Origin: the human T2T-CHM13v2.0 reference genome, Homo sapiens
Reading direction: 5' to 3' (one strand)
NCBI RefSeq assembly: GCF_009914755.1
Contig: NC_060936.1
DNA: 64,000 nucleotides
This document shows, in pieces, positions 40,801-57,215 of this stretch. Both the position numbers and the translations under genes were made by a program. The stretch's first letter is position 1. Every line of letters starts with the position of its first letter. The notes under the pieces were generated by a model. It did not search any database. It saw only the letters and a program-made list of their open reading frames with translations, and had not been told where the DNA came from.

Positions 40801-41141
40801 CAGTAGTCCCCTGCCTTATATGCAGTTTCAGTCACCCACAGACAACCATGGACCAAAGATAGGTGAGTACAGTAACACATTTTGAGAGGGAGAAACCACA
40901 TTCATGTAGCTCTTATTATAGTATATTGTTACAACTGTTCTATTACATTATTAGTTGTTGTTCATCTCTTACTCCGCCTAATTTAGAAATTAAACATCAT
41001 AGGTATGTATGTATAGGAAAAACATAATATGTATATAGGGTTTGGTACTATCCATGGTTTCAATCATCCACTGGGAGGGGGGGGTCCTGGAACTACTGTA
41101 GATAGTTCCAAGTGGGGGATAAAGATGAGAGGGGACTACTG
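40801..41141 (+). mobile_element. MER44A-type Tigger MITE
   Basis: Terminal inverted repeats CAGTAGTCCCC...GGGGACTACTG flanked by TA duplications; internal ATAGGTGAGTACAGTA. Confidence 0.88.
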
Positions 41142-41973
41142 TAAAGAACTTAACATAAAACTACAACTGTAAACCTTCATGTGGCAAATTCTTGTTCAAC
41201 TACACAATACAAACATTTATCAGGTATCAAAAACTTCAAATGCAGAAGGTAAGACAATATTGTATATGGCTAAACAATGACCAAAAACCACTCTCATATT
41301 CCTCTCTCCAAATTTGAATTTAAAATGCTTTAAGAGATATTTAAAGCAAGTTTAGTTATTGTCCAATTATGCAAATAAAACAGGTAATAAAGGAGGATCC
41401 AAAACTATTCCTTCACCTATACATCCCAAACCAGAAGTAACCAGAAGTGGATGATATCCAGTGGAATTTGGGCATAAGAGAAAGCTACACAGGAAATAAT
41501 GTTGACCTCATTTCTCCCATTAGCTCCTGATACATCCTCCTGCTCCCATTTATAGCAGAAATTCTCTGAATAATTGCTAGCACTCACAAACTATCTTTCC
41601 ACTCATTCCATTCTCTCTTGAAACAATCAAAGTTTCAACTCAACCACCCCCAGTAAACTGCTCTTGTCAAGGTCCCCAATTATGTCTACATCACTAAAGC
41701 CAATGTCAATTCTTAGTTATCATTATCATCTTATTGGCTTATCAGCAGAATATGATATAGTTCTGAGTCTCTGTTGCTGGTTCTTTCTCTCACTGGTCTC
41801 TAAACATTGAAAGTTTCAGTGCTTGGACTTTTAATCCACATTCATACCTCTGGCGTTCTCATCCTGGCTCACAGCTTTGCAATGTTGTAGTGGATTAAAG
41901 ACAGCCCCAGGGCTGGGCGCAGTGGCTTACCTCTGTAATCCCAGCACTTTGGGAGGCTGAGGCAGGTGAATCA

Positions 41974-42404
<431 letters not shown>

Positions 42405-42870
42405 CTATGGTCAGCAGTCCCAGCTGAGCCCAGGCTTCCAGTCATCCCTGCCAAGGTGCCAGATATGAGCGTGAATGAATACTTGGATACTCCAGATGAG
42501 TTCGTCTGGTAGCTGAATACCATGGAGTGACCTCAGGTGATGCCATGGGGAACAGAAGAGTTGCCCAGATGAGACAGGCTCTAATTCCCAATCCACAAAA
42601 TTGTAAGCTACAATAAAATAGAGTTGTTTTCAGCCACTAAATTTTAGGGTAATCTGTCTTCCTGCAGTAGACAAACAGAACAAAAGACATCTTTTTGATG
42701 ATGACTTGCAAATTGCATGAGCCTCTCCTCTGAATTCCAGATTCATATCTAACTGCATTATCTGACATTTCTACTCGCAGATTGTCTTATCTGGGGTTCT
42801 TCCAGTAGTCAACTCTGAGACAAGGGTTCAAGTACAAGCAGTTTATTTGGGAGGCGATCCCAGGAAACAT

Positions 42871-43518
42871 TGTTAGCCGTGGCGAGTCTGAGTTGGCTCC
42901 ACAGTCCTCGATCCTTGTCTTCTTGGGAGAATGAATTTGGCTGAGACAGAAGTAGATTTAAGGCAGAAACAAGAATTCACTGAAGCAAATAAAAGCACAC
43001 ATGTAAGGAACCAAGCAGGCAACTCAAAAATTCAGTACTCTGCCTGATTGCTGGCTCAGGACTCGCAGATTTGCTATTTTCTGACTTTTCCCGTCTCTTC
43101 CTCTTGTCCCTCCCCCTTGGCAGGCTGTTGGCTAATTGCTGCATGTGCAATGTCTTGCTAGTATCTGGGAGGGGCACATGTGCCATACTGAAGTTACGTG
43201 CATGCTCTCTTAGGGCAATTTTCCCTTATTGGTCTAGTGCCCCCAGAGGAAGGTCACATATGGGTCAAACGCTGCCATTTTGCACCTTACCGTGCTTGCC
43301 TGGCCATGTCCCCTGAGGAAGGTCAAACTCCACCATTTCAAGTTCTTACCAAGAAGTTGTTGCCCACAAGCCCAAGATGTCTCCTGTTTATTAGGAAAAT
43401 TTCCCCTCCCCTTTGACCAGCTGCCTGACATTTGCCTGGCAGTCACCTGATAGTTGTCTGACATTCTTTGGGACCCTATCCTGCCCTGCTCCTATCTGCC
43501 TATCTACCCACTCTAACA
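42871..43518 (-). mobile_element. MER50-like ERV1 solo LTR nested in an older ERVL-type LTR (~42784-43888)
   Basis: TG...CA termini; minus strand starts TGTTAGAGTGGGTAGATAGGCAGATAGGAGCAGGGCAGG; 4-bp flanks ACAT/ACAC. Confidence 0.65.
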
Positions 43519-44089
43519 ACACCAGTAGGTAACGGGGAAGTGAGACAGGGAAAGAAAGCAGACAATAGCGTGTGTTATCAAGCCAGTCACCACTGAACAC
43601 TGCTTTGGGAATGTTGGGGAGCTCAGGGAACTAGTGTAACCATATATTTCAGAGTTATCTCACTCAGAGGGTGAGGGAGCTGGAATATTTATACACTGAC
43701 TTTTATCAGTCACTAATTGAGGGTTGCCCCCTGGGAGGGTATTAATTCTCTGCCTTAGACATGGGTTTAGGGAAAAAGCCCTTGAGCAAAGAAATGCAAA
43801 ACCTATGAGTGGGACATCAGCTGTGAATGGGACATTGAAATGATCAAGTTGAGTGAATATGGGCAGAACACTGACAACATTTGCTACAATGACAGTGACA
43901 TTGACACTGATTGATATTTTTAATGATTCCAGGCCAGTTGTCTTATAGAATGTCCCACAGACTGGCTACTGAGATACAGTTTTCCATGGTCTCATGTTTC
44001 TTCAATCCCTTTGAGTAGAGGCACCAACTGTCCTTTCGTTCTGGACTATCTTTCCAAAGACATTTAGATAATGCCACCATGCCCGGCTA

Positions 44090-44248
<159 letters not shown>

Positions 44249-44519
44249 CTACATACAATTAAGGATGTGCAGTCAGAATACTATGTTCAAATGTAACTTG
44301 AATTAAAATTTTTTCAGTGTGGCTATAGTGTCAATTTTATATAACTAGGTTCATTTGCTTCATCATTTTTGAATTAAGTTCTTAAAAATATATAAACTGG
44401 CCGGGTGAGGTGGCTCAGGCCCGTAATCCTAGCATTTTGGGAGTCCAAGGTGGACAGATTGCCTGAGCTCAGGAGTTTGAGACCAGTCTGGGCAACACAG
44501 TGAAACCCCGTCTCCACTA

Positions 44520-44883
<364 letters not shown>

Positions 44884-44925
44884 TCATTACCATTCCCATC
44901 AATTCCACCCACCCCCACAGGTAAT

Positions 44926-45645
<720 letters not shown>

Positions 45646-46192
45646 GGCCGGGCGCGGTGGCTCCTGCCTGTAATCCCAGCACTTTGGGAGGCTGAGGCAG
45701 GCGGATCACGAGGTCAGCAGATCGAGACCATCCTGGCTAACACGGTGAAACCCCATCTCTACTAAAAATACAAAAAATTAGCCAGGCGTGGTGGCAGGCA
45801 CCTGTAGTCCCAGCTACTCAGGAGGCCGAGGCAGGAGAATGGCATGAACCTGGGAGGCAGAGCTTGCAATGGGCCGAGATCGTGCCGATGAAACCCCGTC
45901 TCTATTAAAAATACGAAAATTTGCTGGGCGTGGTGGTGGGCACCTGTAATCCCATCTACTCGGGAGGCTAAGGCCAGGAAAATTGCTTGAACCTGCGAGG
46001 CGGAGGTTGCAGTGAGCTGAGATTGTGCCACTGCACTCCAGCCTGGGCGACAGAGTGAGACTCCATCTTGGCCGGCGGGGGGTGGAAGGGGAGGGAAGAG
46101 AGTTATTTATATAGGCTAGAAAAAAAAATATCGGATATGTGATTTGCAAAATGTCTCCTATTGTGTTGTCTTTCCTTTTTTTTTTTTTTTGA

Positions 46193-46600
<408 letters not shown>

Positions 46601-46674
46601 TGAGTAGCTAGGATTACAGGCATGCACCACCATGCCACCGCGCCTGGGTGCCTTTTCACTTTCTTGACAGTGTC

Positions 46675-49832
<3,158 letters not shown>

Positions 49833-50142
49833 GTGTAATGGATGCACATAAGTTTTAAAATATTTATTTATTGTGGTAAAATGTAAGTAACATAACACTT
49901 TACTATTTTAACTATTTTTCAGTGTATAGTTCTGTGGCATTAAGTACATTCACAATGATCTGCAGACATCACCCTTATCTTCTCCAGAAATGTTTCTTCT
50001 TCCCAAACGGAAACTCTATACCCATTAAACACTCCCTCTTCCCCCTCCCTCTGTCCTCTGGCAGCCACCATTACGCTTTCTGTCTCTATGAATTTTTTTC
50101 TTTTTGAGACAGAGTTTCGCCCTTTTGCCCAGGCTGGAGTGA

Positions 50143-50268
<126 letters not shown>

Positions 50269-50512
50269 TAGTAGAGATGGGATTTCGCCATATTGGCCAG
50301 GTTGGTCTCGAACTCCTGACCTCAGGTGATCCACCTGCCTCAGGCTCCCAAAGTGCTAGGATTATATGCATGTGAGCCACCGTGCCTGGCCCTGTCTCTA
50401 TAAATTTGACTACTTTAGGTACCTCATATGAATGTAATCATATAAGATCTATACTTTTATGATTGGCTTATTTTACTTAGTGTAAGGTCTTTAAGGTTCA
50501 TCCACAGTGTAG

Positions 50513-50740
<228 letters not shown>

Positions 50741-51565
50741 TAGAGATGGAGTTTCACCGTGTTAGCCAGGATGGTCTCAATCTCCTGACCTTGTGATCTG
50801 CCCGCCTCAGTCTCCCAAAGTGCTGGGATTATAGGCGTGAGCCACCGCGCCTGTCCACACCAGGCTAATTTTTTGTATTTTTAGTACAGACAGGGTTTCA
50901 CAGTATTAGCCAGGATGGTCTCGATCTCCTGACCTCGTGATCCGCCTGCCTCGGCCCCCCAAAGTGCTGGGATTACAGGCGTGAGCCACCATGCCTGGCC
51001 AATACAAAAGTTTTATATTTTGATGAAGTCCAATTAATTTTATTTTTTTGGAGACAGGATATTGGTCTGTCACCTAGGCTAAAGTACAGTGGCACAATCA
51101 TGGTTCACCACAGCCTTGATCTCCTGGGTTCGAGGAATCCTTCTGTCTCAGCCTCACAAGTAGCTGGGACTATGGGTGCATGCCAACACACCCAGCTAAT
51201 CTTTCAAATTTTTTGCAGACATGGGGGTCTCTTTATGTTGCCCAGGCTGGTCTTGAACTCCTTGGCTCAAGTGACCCTCCTGCCTTGGCCCCACCAAAGT
51301 GCTGAGATTACAGGCATAAAGCCACTGCACCTGGTCTCAATTTTTTTCTTTTGTTACTTGTCCTTTGGTCTCACAGCTAAGAAACTATTGCCTAATCCAA
51401 AGCCATGAAGATTTATACCTATATTTTCTTCTATGAGTATTTTAGCTTAAGCTTTACACTTAGGTCTTTGATTCATTTTGAACTAATTTTCATATATGTG
51501 AGGTATGGGTTCAACTTCATTCTTTTGCATGTGATATTCAATTGTTCAAGCACCACTTTTTTTAA

Positions 51566-51721
<156 letters not shown>

Positions 51722-51819
51722 TAGTATTCCACCATCTTGCGCAGGCTGGTCTCGAACTCCTAACCTGGTGATCCACCCGCCTTGGCCTCCCAAAGTGCTG
51801 GATTATAGGTATGAGCTAA

Positions 51820-51954
<135 letters not shown>

Positions 51955-52852
51955 TAGCTGGAATTACAGGCATGTGCCACCATGTCTGGCTAATTTTGTA
52001 TTTTTAGTAGAGATGGGGTTTTTCCATGTTGGTCAGGCTGGTCTTGAACTCCCGACCTCAGGTGATCCACCTGCCTCGGCCTCCCAAAGTGCTGGGATTA
52101 CAGGTGTGAGCCGCCGCACCTGGCCTTGTTTTTAAAATAGAGACAGGGTCTCGTTATGTTGCCCAGGTTGGCTTTGAACTCCTGGGCTGAAGCAATCCTT
52201 CTGCCTCAGTTTCCCAAAGTGCTGGGATTACAGGAGTGAACTACCACATCCAGCCTGCTTTTGTTTTTATTTTTGAGACAGGGTCTCACCCTGTTGCCCA
52301 GGCTGGAGAGTGGTACCATTATAGTGCACTGCAGCCTTGAACTCCTGGGCTCAAGGGATCCTCCTGCCTTAGCCTCCCAAGTAGCTAAGAACTGCAGGTG
52401 TGTGCCACCATTCCCGGCTAATTTTTAAAATTTTTTTGTAGAGACAGGGTCTCGCTGTGTTGTCTGGGGTGGTCTCTGACTCCTGTCCTCAAGCGATCTT
52501 CTTGTCTCAGCCTCCAGAAGTGCTGGGATTACAGATGTGACCTACTGAGCCTAAACTGTTTTAACGATAGCAAGACTATGCTTCATTAATAGGTTGGGTG
52601 TAAAAGTTGAAACCCCTAAAAGCAGCATCTTCTAAGCTTTTTTTTTTTTTTTTTATCATAGTAACTGATTATTCTGTTTAATTCTCTCTTTTCCGGGCGT
52701 TTTCTCTCCCAGAACTCCTACCCTTCTGTTCCAATCTAACTAAGTTCCTGGGACTTCCCTTTACTGTTTTCCTGAATTGGATCTAGTGATTACTGGATGT
52801 TGTCAGATACCCTGATTTCTCCCTCATTTTGCTTGAGCACACATTTAAGTAA

Positions 52853-52990
<138 letters not shown>

Positions 52991-53392
52991 TAGTTGGGAT
53001 TACAGGTGCCCGCCATCATGCCTGGCTAATTTTTGTATTTTTAGTAGAGACGAGGTTTCACCATGTTGGCCAGGCTGGTCTCAAACTCCTGACATCGTGA
53101 TCCACCCGCCTCAGCCTCTCAAAGTGCTGGGATTACAGGTGTGAGCCACCGTGCCCAGCCCGCCAGTTTGATTTTTGTCCTTTTATGGGCTCCTTTTTTT
53201 CCTCTTTGGAAACTTAGAATCTTCTTTATATTTAGAGTTCAAACATTTCACATGGTTGAATTTTTTTTTCTTTTGGTTCTGCACTAGTGGATTCTTTCAG
53301 TTCTAGGAAATTGTCTTGCATTATTTTTTCAATAATTTTCTGTCCTTCATTAACTTTGTTTTCTCTTTTTCACATAATATTAGTCCTGTTGA

Positions 53393-53634
<242 letters not shown>

Positions 53635-53708
53635 TAGAAAAAGGGTTTTGCCATGTTGCCCAGGCTGGTCTTAAACTCCTGGGCTCAAACGATCTGCCTG
53701 CCTTGGCC

Positions 53709-53921
53709 TCCTAAAGTGTTGGGATTATAGGCGCAAGCCACTGCACCCGGCCCTATTTTCTTTTTTCTTTTTTGAAATAAGGTCTCTTGCTCTGTCACCC
53801 AGACTGGGGTGCAGCTTCCTAAAGTGTTGGGATTACAGGCGCGAGCCACTGCACCCAGCCCTATTTTCTTTTCTTTTTTGAAGTAAGGTATCTTGCTCTG
53901 TCACCCAGGCTGGGGTGCAGC
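53709..53921. repeat. Tandem duplication, 2 x ~108 bp, spanning an Alu-Alu junction
   Basis: TCCTAAAGTGTTGGGATTA...CTGGGGTGCAGC occurs at 53709 and again at 53817. Confidence 0.9.
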
Positions 53922-54374
53922 ACCACCATCCTGGCTCACTGCTCCCTTGACCTCCCAGGATGAGGTAATACTTACACCTCAGCCTCCTGAATAGCTAGGA
54001 ACACAGGTGCGCATCACCATACCTGGCTAAGTTTTAAAACATTTTTAAAGAGATGGGGTCTCATTATGTTGCCCAGGCTTCTTCTATTTTCTTTAAAAGT
54101 TCAGTGACTTTATCTTTCAATATTTTAATTGAATTTATAATTTGGCAATTTATTTTAAATTTCAAGATCTATTTTTAAACCTTGGATTGTTACTTCATCT
54201 GAGTATCCTAGTATACTAATTAGGTTTTCCTTTCTAAATTCTCTGAAGTTTCTGTTTATCTGCCCCCACAGTCCATGTTGGAGACTTTTCTTAAATACCT
54301 AATAACACTTAGTTGTCTGTTCATACGTATGAGGCAGTTGGAATGCTGATGGGGAGTCTTGTGAACTTGGGAGG

Positions 54375-54834
54375 TGTCTTAGTCTATTTTATGTTGCTAT
54401 AAAGGCATGCCTGCAGCTGGGTAATTTATAAAGAAAACGGGTTTGTTTAGCTCACAATTCTGCAGGCTGTACAGGAAGCAAGGCACTAGCATCTGCTCAG
54501 TTCTGGTGAGGGTTTTTGTGCTGCATCAAGACATGGCGGAGAAGGTCAAGGAAAAGTGTCTGTGCACATGCAAAGAGAAATCAAACCCGAGGTGAGTCCT
54601 GGCTTTACAACAAACCACTCTCCAAGGAACAAATCCATTCTCCTGATAACCAACATAGTTTCGCAAGTGTGAGAACTCACTACTGTAAGAATGACACCAC
54701 GTCCTTCATGAAGAATCTGCCCCCATGACCCAAACACCTCCCATCAGGACCCACCTCCCAATACTATCACACTGGGAATCAAATTTCAACATGAGATTTG
54801 GTAGAGACAAAAAAACCATATCCAAACCATAGCA
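54375..54834 (-). mobile_element. MSTB-type MaLR solo LTR
   Basis: TGTCTTAGTCTATTTTATGTTGCTATAAAG...CCCCATGACCCAAACACCTCCCA...CAAACCATAGCA; flanks GGAGG/GGAAG. Confidence 0.85.
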
Positions 54835-55699
54835 GGAAGTTCCTGCCAACTTGCCCAACTACACTTTAAAGTGGGTGGGTAGGAAACCAGCTATTGTGCT
54901 AGAATAAAGAATACTTTACTCTTAGGCCCTTCAATACTCAGTTAACCCAAATCTCCCCAGATTATCAGAGTGCTTAATTTTAGCCTGGATAAATGCCTAG
55001 ATATTGTATCTGAGATATAGGGAGGGTTCTGCTCTTCCTTATATAGACCTTTATTTAGTCTCCCTGGTCTCAACTCTGCTTCTCACTCTTGCTCTGTCTG
55101 GTAGTTATCTCCAAATCTCCGTCTCCCTAAAGCACTTCTGGGCTGACAGGTCCCCTTCCTTTCTACAGCACCCTCTACACCCATTCTACATTATGCTTTT
55201 CTCCATTTTATTTTGTCAGACCACACTTACTTTTTGCATGTCAAATAAAAAAAAATTATCTTCCGATGTCCCCCTTCTCATTTTCTATTTTGTATCACTT
55301 TTATTTATCATCATTTTATGGGGTCTCAGGAAGAAGAGGCAGTAAATACATGTGCTCGGTTAGCTAGCTTTAATCAAAAATCCTAAACGTAGGTTTTAAA
55401 AAAGATAACTGGAGCAGGGCAGGAAATAATATTTTTTGCCAGTGTGGTGGCAAAAAATAAAAAACAAAAATCTGAATCTGTGTTAGGACAGTATTTCCGT
55501 GTATAACATAGCGCTTAGCAACTTAATTCTCCAGATCCACATATTTTAAGGACATGATGTATCTCAGACACCTACTTCAAACCTCACTTTACAGTTAAGT
55601 AAGACCACAAGTAGAATGAATTGCCTGAGGCCACACAAGTAGACAGTGGGAGAATGAGAACAGAAATATCTATTGACTCCTAGTTGAATTTTCTCTTAC

Positions 55700-55940
55700 C
55701 TTACCACACTGCTAGGGAGTAACAAGATGGGCAGATCACGAGTCAGATGAGAAAGGTCATGAAAAATAGTCAAAGGATGACTTTTCCTGGGTAAATAGCC
55801 GGATGTCCAAGAAATGAAAGGCTGGTCTGGCAGCAGCACATCGTCTAACAGTTGGTAGTCATATGTGGGAAGTACTGAAGGGGGAGATGACAGCAGGCCC
55901 AGAAACTGCAATGATCCAAGTGCATGTCGATCCTGGGAGG
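55700..55940 (-). other. RAD52: Candidate distal alternative non-coding first exon of RAD52; 5' end approximate
   Basis: Non-repetitive sequence beside the ERC1 island with minus-strand donors GTG|GTAAGG and AAG|GTAAGA (GT at 55704 and 55699). Consistent with my recollection of RAD52 transcripts starting near ERC1. Confidence 0.5.
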
Positions 55941-56825
55941 GAACAGTTAAGAGTCCGGGCAGGATGAAACAGTAGAAACTGGTGAGTGAATGAATGTGAA
56001 GGCTGAGGAGCGACTGCAATTTGTTAATGGGATTATGAGGCAGTATAAAGTGGTTAATTACGGTGGCGGAGGTAAGCAGGAGTAAAATGATGGCTTTTAA
56101 CTCCTCTCAAGGACACCGAAAATTATTTTAATAAACACTGGAAGGCTGGGAATAAATATAATTCACACCATTCTTACTTTCTTGGTTTAGAGATAGCTTA
56201 TCTACATCCTTAAATTAATGGCTGTAGCTACCCTCTGCATGGCTCCAAAAAAAAAACAAAAAACAAAAAACAAAACCAAAGCCGGCTGCGAGTCTGCACG
56301 AGAAAATCGGGTTGCACCAGGCCCCAGCCGCCCGCCGATTCGCTTAGCTGTCGGAGGCTAAATAAACAGCTCCCGAAGCAGCGTTTGGCACAGCGCAGGG
56401 TCGGAACGTGGACACTAATTTCCGCCCACGCTCCCCGCGTCCTGGCGGGATCACCACAGACACGACGTCCATTGCTGGGGTCCTCGGCGATGCCCGTGTG
56501 CGCAGCCCCGCGAGTCTCAGGTCAGAAGACCACTAATTTCGCGGCCGCGTTCCACGAAGCTAAGGGGCAAAAAACCAGCTTTCTTGGGACAAAGCGTCCC
56601 CCCAGCAGCCAGGGTCGATCCCGGCGCTGCTCCCGCGGCGCTTGGCTGCCCCGGGCGTAACGGGCCACGAGAAGTAGGGGGTGGGGCGCCGCTTAGGTTT
56701 GGGAAGACACGAAGCGGCTCCTCGGGCTTCCAGCGTCCACTTCCTACGGCAAGCAGGAGGAGACAAGCGCCACCCTGCGCTCGCGGAGCCGACCCCGGCT
56801 CTCCCCTCCCGTGGCCGCAGGGGTC

Positions 56826-56860
56826 GTGTGTGTGTGTGTGTGAGTGTGTGTGTGTGTGTG
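56826..56860. repeat. (GT)n microsatellite in the promoter, one interruption
   Basis: Directly visible. Confidence 0.95.
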
Positions 56861-57115
56861 CAGGGACGCTCCGCGCCCATCACTCTGTTTCGGTGCTAAT
56901 CGACCGCCGTGGCGCCGATTTCCCCCGCTTCCCAGTTCCTCACCCGCGTGCCCCGGAAGGCGCCCGGAGGCCCCCGGGCCGCCGCGTCACGCTCCCGGGA
57001 GGCTGAGGGAAAGGGAGGCAGCCGAGCCGGGAGCCCGGGGAGGCGCGCTGCGCCCCGCGGCGGGGCTGGGGGCGGGGCTAGGTGTCTCGCGCAGGGGGCG
57101 GGGCGCGGTGACGTC

Positions 57116-57215
57116 GCGGGCGCCTGGGCCGTGCTGTGGCGGCGGCGGCGGCGGTAGTGGCGGCGGCGGCGGTGCCCGGGCGGCAGCGGCAGCAGTAGCG
57201 GCAGCCCTGAGGACG
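57116..57215 (+). other. ERC1: Non-coding first exon, most likely ERC1 (ELKS/RAB6IP2); TSS approximate
   Basis: GGC-rich leader directly after the GC boxes and CRE, ending ...CTGAGGACG|GTGAGA (GT at 57216). Identity inferred from the recalled head-to-head RAD52/ERC1 arrangement and ~41.5 kb spacing. Confidence 0.75.
57138..57170 (+). repeat. (GGC)5 GGT AGT (GGC)4 in the 5'UTR exon
   Basis: Directly visible. Confidence 0.92.

Noticed and set aside
55696-56019. 107-aa minus-strand ORF over the candidate distal exon
   Set aside because: TTG start with no in-frame Met and no recognisable homology; treated as UTR.
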